A stretch of DNA of 64,000 bases from Hemiscyllium ocellatum (taxonomy: Eukaryota), in the NCBI RefSeq assembly GCF_020745735.1, contig NC_083429.1:50325877-50389876 (forward strand), written 5' to 3'. The position numbers and the translations under genes are program-made. The notes under the pieces were generated by a model. It did not search any database and had not been told where the DNA came from. It was given only the letters and a program-made list of their open reading frames with translations. Shown piece after piece: positions 26,876-39,989 of the stretch; within the stretch, counting starts at the first letter, position 1; each line of letters opens with the position of its first letter.

Positions 26876-26992
26876 GTAAAAAATGAGGTCTGCAGATGCT
26901 GGAGATCACAGCTGAAAATGTGTTGCTGGTTAAAGCACAGCAGGTTAGGCAGCATCCAAGGAACAGGAAATTCGATGTTTCGGGCATAAGCC
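26876..26992 (-). mobile_element. 117-bp PLE 3'-end insertion
   Basis: 11-bp TSD GAACACTGGGA at 26865-26875 and 26993-27003; truncated inside hammerhead helix II. Confidence 0.85.
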
Positions 26993-27509
26993 GAACACTG
27001 GGAACCTTGCTGTTCTGTGAAAACTGTCACAGGACCCTTTCCAGACAGACAGACTCTCAGTTTGACAGGTCAGTTCTCTGACACAGCAACACTCCCTCAG
27101 CGCTGCACTAGACGCTGCCTTGGATTTTTGTACTCAGGCCTCTGGAGCATGAATCAACTCCATAAATCTCCAGATTGGAAGCAAGAATCCTCCCCACTGA
27201 GCCACAGCCCAAACAGCGACAAGTCATGGTCAAAAGTTGAAAAGGGCAAGATATTCAGAAAGTAGTGACAAGGTGACATTAAGATTGAGTTTTAAATAAA
27301 ACACCATGGGTGGAGCTGAATGGTGAGGAGGGAGATCCAAAAATAGACCAAACTTTCAAGTGGCGTTCACTTTTCTTTCAGAATCAGAGATGTATGTGGG
27401 CATTTCTGATGGACATTGGATGTTTGGGGTAAGATAGGAAGAAGGTCTGTGCTAGAAGAGACTTCAGGCTGGGGAGTGTTCTGCAATCAGCAGAAATGCT
27501 GTGATATGG

Positions 27510-27895
27510 GAAGACTGTGACAAACTATGAGGGGGGGAGGGGAAACTGACTGGGGAGATGCCGTGACTGGGGGAAACTGCAACTAGAGGAGACTGACTGG
27601 GGAGACTCTGTTGGGAAGACTGACTGGGGAAGACTTACTGGGAGAGAGTGTGCGACCAGGGGAGACTGATCGGGGAGACTCTGAGGGGAAGACTAACTGG
27701 GGGAGAGTGTGTGACTGGGAAAAATATGATGGAGGAGGGTCTTTGGGGAAGACTGACACAGGGAGACTTTGACTGGGGGAGACTGTGTGACTGAGAAAGA
27801 TTCTAGGGGAGGGTCTGTGGGGAAGACTGACTGGAGGAAACTGTGAATGGGGAATGATTCTGAGACTGAGGGTGACTGTGTGAATGGGAAGACGC
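27510..27895. repeat. Degenerate G-rich minisatellite (GGGGAGACTGACT-like)
   Basis: Repeated ggg(g)agactg(act) units. Confidence 0.8.
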
Positions 27896-28678
27896 TGGAT
27901 GGCGAAAGTTAGAGAGAGAGAGGTTTACATTTGCTGTGTAGAAGGAATAGGCTTAATGGTGTGAATGACCTTTCTCTCATTTCATAGTCTTTTAAAATAT
28001 ATATCCATTCACATTGTACAATACTGTCTGAAATTTAATGGTACTCTAGTTCTTTTAATTTGTGACTAATAATTCAGGGAGCATGCAGCCAAATTTCCTG
28101 AGATCAAGTTGTGACAGATCTAGTAATTTGTAGGTTGGCATCATAAAAATGGCTAAGAGATCATCCACCCAGTTCAGGAAGTGACATCAGGGAAGGGAAT
28201 CCAGGCTGCTATCCAATTTGGACTATATGTAATTCCAGGCCAATATTATTGACATATGAAGTTAACAAAATTTTACACCTATATCTGAAGAACATAGATC
28301 TAAGCATGATTTAGACATTCAAATCACATTTAGACAAGGTCTGAACAACAGGATAATGCATTTTGGGTACATAAACTGAAAGATGAATAAACAGTGGGAA
28401 ATATTTAAGAAACAATGCAACGTGATCAACAATATTGTATTCCATTACGAACAAAAACTTAGTGAGAAAGATCCATTTATCCATTTATAAGTGACTGAGA
28501 ATGTCAGTAATAAAACACAATCTCAGCAGAAATAACACTGAATAAAGAGCTCAGCAAGGCAGGGAGCATGTGTGAAAAGAGAAACAGAATCAATGTTTTT
28601 AGTCCAATATGACTTCTTCAGAGCTTTGTGTACGAATGAGATTTGTGCAACTAAATAGTAGCCTTCTGAATGTAATAG

Positions 28679-29430
28679 AAGAAAGTGACGACTGCAGATG
28701 CTGGAGATCAGAGCTGAAAAATGTGTTGCTGGAAAAGCGCAGCAGGTCAGGCAGCATCCAAGGAGCAGGAGAATTGACGTTTCAGGCATAAGCCCTTCTT
28801 CATGAATGAGGAAAGTGTGCCAAGCAGGCTAAGATAAAAGGTAGGGAGGAGGGACTTGGGGGAGGGGCGTTGGGAATGCGATAGGTGGAAGGAGGTTAAG
28901 GTGAGGGTGATAGTCCGGAGTGGGGGTGGGGGCGGAGAGGTCAGGAAGAAGATTGCAGGTCAAGAAGGTGGTGCTGAGTCCAAGGGTTGGGACTGAGATA
29001 GGCTGGGGGGAGGGAAAATGAGGAAAACTGGAGAAATCTGCATTCTTCCCTTGTGGTTGGAGGGTTCCTAGGTGGAAGATGAGGCGCTCTTCCTCCAGGC
29101 GTCGTGTTGCCATGGTCTGGTGATGGAGGAGGCCAAGGACCTGCATGTCCTTGGCGGAGTGAGAGGGGGAGTTAAAGTGTTCAGCTATGGGGTGGTTGGG
29201 TTGGTTGGTGCAGGTGTCCCAGAGGTGTTCTCTGAAACGTTCCGCAAGTAGGCGGCCTGTCTCCCCAATGTATAGGAGGCCACATCGGGTGCAGCGGATG
29301 CAGTAAATGATGTGTGTGGAGGTGCAGGTGACTTTGTGATGGATATGGAAGGATCTCTTGGGGCCTTGGAGGGAAGTGAGGGGGGAGGTGTGGGCCCAAT
29401 TTTTGCATTTTGATAAATATGCATCCATGC
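28679..29430 (-). mobile_element. Penelope-like element 3' part with GIY-YIG endonuclease remnant
   Basis: ORF 28829-29428 contains IIYCIRCTRCGLLYIGETGRLLAERFREH...IAEHFN...RRLEEERLIFHLGTLQPQG; followed (sense) by a degenerate hammerhead and the same 3' terminal sequence as the short fold-back elements. Confidence 0.9.
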
Positions 29431-29544
29431 AAGTGGGGAGTATTCCATTAAACTCCTAACGCACCTCTTGTAGATAGTGTACAGGCTTTGGGAAAACAGG
29501 AGGTGAGTTACTTGTGGTTGGTATCTTAGCTTATGACATTCTGT

Positions 29545-29710
29545 TTTAGGAGAAAGTGAGGACTGCATATGCTGGAGAGTCAGAATCAAAAGTTGTGGCA
29601 CTGAAAAAGCTTTCCTGATGAGGGGTTTATTCCCGAAATGTTGATTCTCCTGCACCTTGGATGTTGCCTGACCTGCTGTGCTTTTCCAGCAACACACTTT
29701 TCGACTCACA
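29545..29710. mobile_element. Short fold-back PLE-derived insertion
   Basis: Antisense 3' end (gagaaagtgaggactgca...) joined to a sense copy starting at TTCCTGATGAGGGG...CCCGAAATG. Confidence 0.75.
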
Positions 29711-29739
29711 TTCGGTTACAGCAACGGTATTTGCATTGC

Positions 29740-31345
29740 TGGTCCAATTCAGTTTCTGGTCACTGCAAACCCTCAGGATGTTGACAGCGATGGTAAAACC
29801 ATTAAATATGAAAGGACAGTGATTGGATTTTCTCTTGTTGGAGACGATTATTTCTTGTGTGGTGTGAAGGTTATTTATCACTCATCGACTCAAGCCTGGA
29901 TGTTGTTCAGGTCTTGTTGTATTAAAATGTAAACTGCTTTATATCTGAGGAGTTGTAATAGCGTTGAATGTTGTGCAATCATCAGTGAATATCTTTATGG
30001 TGGAGAGAAGGCAAAGAGACAAAGCAGTTGAAGATGGTTGGGCTTAGGACACTGCCCTAAAGAACTGCTTCAGGTGATGTCCTGGAACTGACAACCAGCA
30101 ACCACGACCATCTCCCGTTGTACTAAGTATGACACCAATCAGGGAAGGGTTTTTTTTCCCTGAGTCCCATTGATTCCAGGTTCACCTTGATGTTAAGGGC
30201 ATGCACCCCCTCTTTTGTCCATGTTTAGACTGAAACAGTACTGATGCCAGGATCTGAGTGAGTCTCCAGTGAGCAGGTTACTGTTAAGTAAGCACTACTA
30301 GACAGCATTGGTGGCAACACCTTCCATCACTTTGCTGTTTATTAAGAGTAGACTGACGGGGTGGTAATGAACCAGAGTTGGATTTGTCCTGCTTGTTTTG
30401 GATAGGGCATATCTGGAAAGTTTTCACAGTTCGGGGTAGATGTTGCATTTATACTGGAATAGCTTGAATAAGAATGCAACTTGTTCTGGAACCATAAGTG
30501 TTCAATGCTACGCCTGGAATGTGACCAGGGCCCAAGGTCTTTGCAGTATACAGTGCTTTCAACCATTTCTTGTTATCATGTGGACTGAACTGAATTGGAT
30601 GAAGACTGACATCTGTAATGCTGGAGACCTCAGGAGGAGACCCAGATGGATCATCTCCACATGTTATTTCTGGTTGAATGTATTCACAAGTGGTTCAGCC
30701 TTCCCTTTCCCACTGATGTGCTGGGGCTCCCTCTTGCCTGCCTGTAGGACATGCCCTTCTGTACTGTTCATTGAACCATGTTGGATCCCTGGCTTGATGG
30801 CAGTGCTGGAGTGATGGATATACAGGGGGGTGAAGTTAATGATTATGGTTGAATACAGTTGTGCTGCTGATGGCCTACAGGTGCCTCTTGGATGCCCAGT
30901 CTTAAGTTGGTAGATTTTCTCAAAATCTTGTCCTCTCAGCATAGGGGTGATGCAATGCACCATGATAGATAGAACTGTCAAGATGAAGACAGTAATCACT
31001 GTACAGTGGTCATTTTTACTGGTAAAGATTCATTTGCTAAAGGTAGATTTGTGAGGACCAGGTCAAGTAGGTATTTCTGTTGTGTTGGCTCCCTCACCAC
31101 TTGTCACAGTGCCAGTCTAGAGACTACATCCTTTAGAACTCAGTTAGCTTGGTCAGTACTGGTGATACCATTTCACTATCTGGGAAGGACTTTGAAGCCT
31201 CCACACAGAATACATTGTGTACTCTTGTTACCCTTAACGTGTCCCCAGCATGGTGCTCAACATGGAAGAAAAACGATTCATCAACTGAGGGAGGTCATAC
31301 TCAGCAAAAGGTTTTCATGTTACAATGAGACTTCATGAAGTTTGA
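29740..31345 (-). mobile_element. Diverged LINE of a second CR1/L2-group family (RT remnant)
   Basis: Same family as 42300-43150; RT-like remnants with many stops. Confidence 0.7.
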
Positions 31346-31419
31346 TGACTCCCAGATCAACCCCTATCCAACAATATACCATTGTGCCACCATTTCAGGT
31401 GGTCTGTCTTGTCAGTGAG

Positions 31420-31617
31420 TAAAAAGTGAGGTCTGCAGATGCTGGCGATCAGAGCTGAAAATGTGTTGCTGGTTAAAGCGCAGCAGGTCAGGCAGCATCG
31501 AAGGAACAGGAGATTCGACGTTTTGGGCAAAAGCCCTTCATCAGGAATCCCATTCGTTGAATTTCCTGTTCCTTGGATGCTGCCTGACCTGCTGCGCTTT
31601 AACCAGCAACACATTTT
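31420..31617. mobile_element. Short fold-back PLE-derived insertion
   Basis: Inverted arms; 16-bp TSD CTGTC(T/C)TGTCAGTGAG at 31404-31419 and 31618-31633. Confidence 0.85.
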
Positions 31618-32714
31618 CTGTCCTGTCAGTGAGACAGGCCATTCCTAGAGCTGGTGATAGTGAATTCTGAGTCATTGTAAAGCATGATCCCATGAGAATG
31701 GCTATGTCATTCCCACAACATTATTAGTTTTCTGCACTTGTTGAGGTTACCATGAAGGATTCACCTCTCGCCTGGATCGAGGTGACCATTGGGTTCAACT
31801 AGCCACCTGTTATCTCTCTTTTTAATGACAGTGGAACCCAATGGTCCTCTGGGATTTTGGTGATTTTAACTTTGAAGGAAAGAGCAAAATAATTTGCCCC
31901 ACTGCTTGGCTGGTATTTATTTCTTAACCATATCACAAAATAAAACACTGAGTTATCTGGTCATCATCACTTAGGTATGTGGGATCTTTCCATGCACAAA
32001 TGGCTACCATATTTCCTACCTTATAACAGTGGTTACAATTTAGAAAAGTACTTCATTGTTAGTAAGATATTTTGGATTGCTCTGTGACCATGGGTACAAA
32101 TGCAAACTCCTTCTTTCTTTCACAATGTAAGAAATGCCTTAAATCTAGCAATAGACACAATCCTCTCAGTGAAAATGGTTCAATTGGCAGGGAAGCAATA
32201 AATTAGCATGAGAAATGTGGGAAGTTTGGCTTTGTCAGCAATTTCCACTGCAGGAAGGTAGTGAATTTATTATTGGAGCTGACAGGAATCTATAAAAATG
32301 AATAAAAGAGAGACTGATCTATAAACCATCCATGGGTAAAAGAGGGGAGGGGGAGGCAGTTGTCAGATGATCAGCGACTGACAACTGGCATTTCTACTTC
32401 TAAGAAGGAACGTAAAAACAGGAAGAGGCCATTCAGCCCCTAGAAGCTGTTCCTACATTCACTTAGGTCATTCCTGATCAACAACTTAATCCACTTACCT
32501 GCCTTGACGCTGCAGCTGTTGACTGAGAAGCACCTATCAATCTCAGTTTGGAAATTCTCCCACAGATTCAGCAGTTTTTTGAGAGAGAGATGTTCAGATT
32601 TCCTCAACTTGTTTGTACCTGATCTCTTAATCTAATTCCTTCAGGAACTTTTTCTATGTACTGCCTAATAAATACACTGCAGGCCAAATAAAGTCATTGT
32701 GGATTGCACAATGT

Positions 32715-33025
32715 GGGCGGCACGGTGGCATAGTGGTTAGCACTGCTGTCTCACAGCGCCTGAGACCGGGTTCAATTCCCGAATCAGGCGACTGACTGTG
32801 TGGAGTTTGCACGTTCTCCCCGTGTCTGCATGGGTTTCCTCCGGGTGCTCCGGTTTCCTCCCACAGTCACAAAGATGTGCGGGTCAGGTGAATTGGCCAT
32901 GCTAAATTGCCCGTAGTGTTAGGTAAGAAGTAAACGTAGGGGTATGGGTGGGTTGCGCTTCGGCGGGTCGGTGTGGACTAGTTGGGCCGAAGGGTCTGTT
33001 TCCACACTGTAAGTAATCTAATCTA
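32715..33025 (+). mobile_element. HE1-type V-SINE (young, full length)
   Basis: Same structure as 4811-5105. Confidence 0.92.
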
Positions 33026-33348
33026 TTCTTCAAAGTGTTGAAGAAATCCCTTGATTGTACAGTTTGGGTACGTCTGGAAGACAGTGATTTACCTTGGATG
33101 GATGATTCCATTCTCAATTTCCAAAATTTCCATGCGTCCTCTTAACAGTCATTGAGCATGTCCATGAGGGAGAATGTTGGGAGAATCACCTGGCTTCTGT
33201 GGAACCCCAGTGAGCATGTTGGCCCTTTTGGAGAGCAGTGAGAGTATAAAGAGAGAGTGAGGGAAAATAAAGAGATTGAAATGGGAGAGAACTCTGAACT
33301 CGTAACGAAGGATTGTTTTTTTTCTAACTTCACTGTCTTTCTCTGCAG

Positions 33349-33527
33349 GTTGTGTTTTATTTCAAGCTAATGAAGCCATTGAAGTTCACATTGGAAAATT
33401 GTCAACAATTGTGGTACTGAACGGCACTGATGTCGAGTTGCCCTGTACGTTCGGTAGTTGCATGGACTTCAAAAACTCCATTTTCTGGTGGACATTTCAG
33501 AAAAACCAAACGAGTGAAGAATCGAAA
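33349..33527 (+). CDS. SCN4B: SCN4B coding exon 2 (end of signal peptide, Ig-V N-half: CVLFQANEAIEVHIGKLSTIVVLNGTDVELPCTFGSCMDFKNSIFWWTFQKNQTSEESK)
   Basis: Acceptor tctttctctgcag at 33348, donor gtgagc at 33528; resembles human beta-4 LEVSVGKATDIYAVNGTEILLPCTFSSC, including the Ig B-strand Cys (33444) and the free Cys equivalent to C58 (33459). Confidence 0.95.
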
Positions 33528-34074
33528 GTGAGCCATGCAAATTCATATTCCCTTTTCACTCCCCAGCGACTCCCATTCTCCACCAAGACATTTGCCTCCA
33601 TGCTCACACTCCTAGTGGGTATTTCTTGGAGAAAATTCTCTTAGCAACATTCTCAGTTTAATGCTGAGGGGTCCCCACTGCATGACCCAATGTATAGGTC
33701 ACATGCCTCACCATTGCAAAACTTTTTTTTGGAATCCTACTCCTACCCTGCTTCCCTTCCTCCCCACATCTTCACTGCATTCAAATCAAGACCACTCCTC
33801 AAATGTGTTCTATGGAGCTTTTTACTAACTCTCACACCCTCCCTTTCTTAAATCCATTGCTTGGTTCTACTAAGTCTTATTTTAAAAAAAATGTATAGGA
33901 TAGGGACATTGTTGGCTGAGCCAGCATTTATTGTCCATCCTCAGTTGTCTAGAGGGCAGTTAAGAGTCAACTATATAGCGATGGGCATGGAGTCACATGT
34001 AGGTCAGGATGGCAAATTTGCTTCCCTCAAGGATCAGGGTTTTTATCACAATGGTTACATTAAACTTTAAAGAG

Positions 34075-34790
34075 TTCGGAAAGGATTTGCAAAGATGTTG
34101 CCAGATTGGAGGATTTGAGCAATAGGAAGAGGCCGAATAGACTGGGGCTGTTTTCCCTGGAGCATTGGGATCGAGAGTGTGATGCTGGAAAGACACAGCA
34201 GGTCAGGCATCATCTGAGGAGCAGGAAAATCAACATTTCGGGCATAAGCCCTTCATCAGGAAGGTCTTCACCATTCCTGATGAAGGGCACATGCCCGAAA
34301 TGTTGATTCTCCTGCTCCTCAGATGCTGCCTGACCTCCTGTATCTTTCCATCGCCACACTCTTGACTCTGATCTCTAGCATCTGCAGTTCTCACTTTCTC
34401 CTTGGAGTGTCAGAGGCTATGGGGTGACCTTATAGAAGTTTATAAAATCATGAGGGGCATGAATAGGATAAACAGACAAGGTCTTTTCCCTAGAGTGGGG
34501 GAGTCCAGAACTAGAGGGCAGAGATTTCAGGTGAGAGGGGAAACATTTTCACACAGAGGGTGGTGCATGTATGGAATGAGCTGCCAGAGGAAGTGGTGGA
34601 GGCTGGTACAATTACAGTGTTTAAAAGGCAATTGGTTAGGTGTATGAATAGGAAGGGTTTGGAGGGATATGGGCCAAGCGCTGGCAAATGGGACTAGGTT
34701 AAGTTAGGATATCTGGTCAGCATGGATGAGCTGGACCGAAGGGTTTGTTTCTGTGTTGTAAATCTCTATGACTATGACTATATGACTCTA
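34075..34790 (+). mobile_element. CR1/HER1 3' fragment interrupted by a PLE fold-back
   Basis: LEDLS..RLNRLGLFSLE / GDLIEVYKIM remnants on either side of 34167-34399; ctctatgact tail. Confidence 0.88.
34167..34399. mobile_element. Fold-back PLE insertion nested in a HER1/CR1 3' end
   Basis: Inverted arms with hammerhead motifs on both strands; degenerate TSD ccctggagcatt (34155) / ccttggagtgtc (34400) interrupting LINE sequence. Confidence 0.8.
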
Positions 34791-37051
34791 TCACCATTAG
34801 ACCAACTCCTTATTCCAGATTTTATTGAATTCAAATCTCTTCATCTGCTGTGGTGAGATTCAAGCCACCTCTGACAACATTGATCTGGCTTTGGCCTGTG
34901 CCTCTATGTCCCTTATACCTATGCACTCACTGATTGTATTTTGTGTGTCAATACAGAAAGTGTTAAGACTCTGACTAGGATTAATTGAGTAATAAAGCGA
35001 GAAAGTTATTATAAAGGATGGAACAGGGAGTACTGGGTGTGGGATGATCTATGTGACTGAGTAAGGCACAGCCATTTGATGGGAGGTTGGGGTTGGAATG
35101 GACGGCTGCATGTTGCAAGGGTGAGAGGTTGGAGTGAATGAGAGGGGTGAACAGGTTGAGGCAGTCAATGTCACGGTGGCAGTTGGAGATGACCAGATCA
35201 AGAGTGGGTAACAGACCCAGCTATATTTTTTTCAGCACGACACTTTTGACTCCAATCTCCAGCATCAGAAGTCCTCACTTTCTCCTATGTGACTGAGAAG
35301 TCAATAAACTTTATCCACAAGAAGAACGAATCTTAAATTCTCTTTCTGCATCAGGCTTAGATCGGAATTGAGATAAACATGTGCAGTGGAAACAAACATT
35401 AACGTTAAAGAAATAAATCTAGTCAAAGATAGAAGGAAGCCATTTAGCTCCCTGGGATTGTTGCACCATTCAGTAGGGTTAGGGCTCATCTGTGACATAA
35501 CTCCACATATTTGCCTTTCCCCTAAATTCCTTGGTAAGTCAGCTAAAGATTTATCAATCTCCTCAATCTTCATCAGTTATCATTTGTGGAAAATAAAGTT
35601 CTGAAATTTATGGTGTGAGAAGGTGTGTCCTAACATCACTCCTGAAAGGATTGGTTTTAATTTAGGAGCAGCTTTGTTTAATGTAACCACATTGCGATAT
35701 AAATGTTTTAAAAACTCAAAGAATGTTGAACGTTCTATCTACAGCTTTCAATCTGGTTATTTATATTTGAAAATTTGAAAATCAATTTGTTTGTTTTATT
35801 CAAAACCACTGCTTCTGACAATGTGTTAAAAATTCAATAATGATCTCACCTTCCCTTTTACTCCTTCCTTACTCCTTGTGTGCCTTTTGATGGATGTTGG
35901 ATGGGGACAGCCTCGTGAGTGTCACTGGGTGAGGTGGCCCCTTCCCTGAGGAGTAGCCAGCGGGGAAAGAAGGACTAAGTCCAGGATGTTCCCTTGTGGG
36001 GAATGCTCTCCCGTGAGGGAGGTGTTGGGGTAGCAATGTCAAATGGAGACCCATGAGCTGTCCTTAGCTGCATCAAAACCAATTCTTTGGGGGGAGAGGG
36101 TGGCACGTCTGATTGACTACCCCGTGCCTGTCCTCCGGCTTACAGGTTTTCAATGCCGCCAATGCAATCAGAGAGGCACTAGCTCTAAAGCCTCAACTGC
36201 ACCTCAGAGAGTGGTGCACTGTGAAGGCAGATTAATGACTGCAAGGGTACCTCAACATTCAGGTACCATGGAGAGGCATGAATGTAAAAAAATGATAAAG
36301 CCTTAAGTTACTAAACATAACAACACTGACCTTCAGCCTGTGAATTGTACGGGCTTTGAGTGTGGTTTTTTCACTTACCTTCAGGTGCAATCCAAAGCCT
36401 TTAACAGAAAAGCAGAGAATCACTGTATATAATAGAATCCCTACAGTATGGAAGCATGCCATTTGGACCTTCAGGTTTACACTGAACCTCCATTTGGACA
36501 CAGCCTAACCTGCATTTCTCATGGCTAACTAGACACTATTAGCACGTCCAACCCACCTAACCTGCACACTCTTGGAAGGAAACCAGAGCACCTGGAGGAA
36601 GCTCATGTAGAATGTGCTAACTCTACACAGTCACCCAAAGCTGGAACTGAACCTGGATCCCTGGCACTATGAGGTAGCAATGTTAACCACTGAGCCACCA
36701 TGATATTACCCCATCATTGATATTACACCAAAGTACAACAGGGAAGTTATTTCTGATGTCCTGGGGCCAAATCTCAACAAACATCACCTAAGCACATTAT
36801 CTCATTGTTATCAGCTTTCTGATTGTTGAACCTTGCTGTGAAAACATTGGTTGCTGGAATTCTGACATAACAGCAGTAACTACAAGTTCAGAAGCACATT
36901 TTTAATTGGCTTCAAAGTGCTTTGGGAAATCCTGAGTTTGCAAACAATGTTATTCATTAGGGTTGGGTGTGGTGGCAGGTGGATGGTGGGGAATAAAACA
37001 TTCTTTGGCCAAAAATGTTTTCTAATTACGATTTATTTTTTACTTGCACAG

Positions 37052-37271
37052 ATTATTCGTATTGAACTAAAAGATAAGACACCCCACATCTTTCCATCTG
37101 AGACGTATGACAGAGTTACATTTATTGGGAATATTAAAGAGAAGAATATTTCCCTTTTGCTTGCAGACGTGGATTTTGAGGATAATGGATTCTATAATTG
37201 TTACTTCAAAAACCCACAGGAAAATAATCATGAGGCGAATGCGTCTCTTCAACTAAAGGTTGTCAGTGAAT
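37052..37271 (+). CDS. SCN4B: SCN4B coding exon 3 (Ig-V C-half: IIRIELKDKTPHIFPSETYDRVTFIGNIKEKNISLLLADVDFEDNGFYNCYFKNPQENNHEANASLQLKVVSE)
   Basis: Acceptor ttacttgcacag at 37051, donor gtgagt at 37272; D-x-G-x-Y-x-C motif; similar to human DDRITLVGSTKEKMNNISIVLRDLEFSDTGKYTCHVKNPKEN; phases 0/1 fit the neighbouring exons. Confidence 0.95.
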
Positions 37272-38724
37272 GTGAGTGCTCTGTTTTTTCTTGTGATACT
37301 TTGCAATGCAAAATTTGCAATTTAAAATTTCTGGCTAATTGGAGCTACTGGAATGGAGGCTTGGCAATAACCACAGTTGCTCATTTGTTCTCACATCGAG
37401 GGTAGTAGTAAAGTTATCACAGTCTCTCTCACTCATTAGAGAGAGGGAGAGAGAGAGGGAGACATCTGGTGGTGGCTAACCTGAGGGTCACAACACCTCA
37501 GGCCTGGGGTAAGCTTGAGAAGGCATGGTAGCCTCAGCCAATGAGAACGTTGAAAGTACACTGTTGGTATCAATCTGCATCATAACCCATGCACCAGCCA
37601 ACTAAGCTAGAGAAATCCCTTTGCTGAGTTGGTAGCTTATAAATTAGCTCTGAGGCACTTTCCTCTTTTCCCAGGGAGTGGAGCTCACCACCAGTTGATG
37701 TGATATACTTATTGGAAACCCAGATGAGTAAGTGAGGGAGTAAGGGGTAGAAGGTGACGATGATCAGGGAGCAGTGTGGGAGGTGGCTTCTGTGGATTGA
37801 ACAGTTGCTTTTGGGCTTTAGGTCTTTGTGCATTTCCTCTCATTCCATTCCTTCTCCTGAGACACACCAAAGAGTCTCGGGTGCTGACAAGAAAACTTGC
37901 AATGCAAATGGAGAATCAGGACCATAGTTCTGCAGCTTTATGCTCACCCCACACTCAGTTATGGTGGGGGAAGGTAATGGCAACCAATATCTTGGCTCCT
38001 CCCAACTCTTTTCACTGAGCTTCCTGAAGCTTGGCAAACTGTTGTTAAAAGTGAATTGTAGTAATTGTAACAAGGAAAGCCAGGTGGAGCTCATAGAAGA
38101 TGAGTTTCTTGACTAGGGCTGTTAACCTGGTCCAATCAGGGAGCCCTGGCTGACAGATATAAACAGGAGTGTCGCAGTTAGGTGGTAGTGTGGGGGTTAA
38201 TAAGAAGAAAAAAAAATTAAAACCAGAAAAGAAATAAAATAAACAGGAGTGTCAGAGAGCTCTGAGAGCTGTCTCTGGGCGAGCTGGACCAGCGTCAAGG
38301 ACTTTCCATATGTAATAAAATGCGACTTGGTGATGGGCTACTGGCCTTTGTGGACTTATTTCAAGGACCATTATGGAAATCAAGACGCTAAGCCACATTA
38401 AAATATACAAACAACCAGCCTGCCTCCTGCAAATGTTCTAACTCTGCTGAGACAGAACTGAGTTTCTGTTTCAGATTTTTGTTTTTTAACTTGGGTAAAA
38501 TCAGATGTTGAGGAATAGTATTCCCCCAATCTGTTGATAACCCTCCTCTGTGTATATCCCACCTGTTTTTCTAGATCCCTGTGTGTACCTTTATATTTCT
38601 GATAGTGCATCATTGTTCCCTTATGTATATTCCCTGTATCCCACTGTACATCAGCTATTTGATGATGAATCTACCTATTGATTTTCATTGTAGTAATTTG
38701 TAAAACTTTCTCTTTGTATTGCAG

Positions 38725-38854
38725 TGGTAAAAGTGGACAACACAGTGACAGTGATCATCCTGACTGTGATTGGAGGGTTAATAGGACTCATCATTCTAAT
38801 ATTTATTATTAAAAAGCTTGTAATGTTTATAATTAAGCGAGTTGGAAAGAAGAA
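38725..38854 (+). CDS. SCN4B: SCN4B coding exon 4 (TM helix and cytoplasmic blocking peptide: LVKVDNTVTVIILTVIGGLIGLIILIFIIKKLVMFIIKRVGKKK)
   Basis: Acceptor tctttgtattgcag at 38724, donor gtaagt at 38855, 130 bp; near-identical to human VDNTVTLIILAVVGGVIGLLILILLIKKLIIFILKKTREKK. Confidence 0.96.
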
Positions 38855-39989
38855 GTAAGTAAGATGAAAAAATGCAGAACATTATAATATTTTTTAAAAA
38901 TGCATCTTAAAGCAAAAATTTGCAGCTAGCAGTTACTAGAATGAGAAGATGAACTAGCTGATTAACTATAACGTGCTCCGATATACCTCGCACCACTCAC
39001 AGTTTGTGCCTATGATTTGATCATGTAGCTCTGCTTTATGTTGATTAAAAATAACGTTCAACTGTTGTTCAGTCAGTAGAAATTAGCAATAACACAGGTG
39101 TGATGTGCCGAAAAGCTTCCATCCATCCAGTTCTATGTAGAGAGAGAATTTAACTCTGATTACTTAAGAGATATCAAGGACTGAACAATCTGCAATGTTT
39201 ACTGTTGGATACTTCAATGATTCTATGCAAGTAAGAATAATAAGTTTCTTCATATGATCACTACAAAGATGACTCATGTCTGAGGTTTAGGCTTTTTTAA
39301 TGGAAAGTCTATCTAATGTGACACAATTTATTTCAAATGTTGAATTATAGTCCATACTTGGCAAGGATTTGACCTTCAAACAGAATAATGAGGATTGATT
39401 GTATTGCTTCCTGTCAATATTGAGAGCCGTATTATTTTAGAATCCAGGCATAAAAGCCTTACCTGATCAGGTAGCATCTCAATTGTTGTGTTTAAGCTGT
39501 TTCTTCCAGTACATCATTCGGGATTTGAGGCTTGTGAACAAACTCCTTGCTCTGATCACTCACTGACTTGTTCCTTGTGCATTTCTAGTCCATTGAGGCT
39601 ATTGGGTCAGTCTCAGATTTCCTACTCCTGTAATAGGGTTAGAGTTAGTTCTAGTGCAATCTTTTTCACCCTCTACTGTGCTCGCCCACCACCTCTCGCC
39701 CGCACCACCACAACCACCGCCCCCCACCCCCCCAAACCCCTCCCTTTGAATGTCGAGTCTTGGGTAATACTGGAGTAAATAATTTACTTGCTTAATGATT
39801 GGACATCATTCTGTGTGACACAAGCAACTATGTCCAATCAGATGATGGAATCTTCCTGTGCCAAAGTCACGCCAGTTTGAATTCTGACCTTCTTCCTCAT
39901 CCAACACCTCAGTTGTGATTCCATCCCTCTTGTTAATTTATCCCATTTTTATTCTTTTTTTCTGCTTGAACCTCTCTCTCTCTCCCCCA

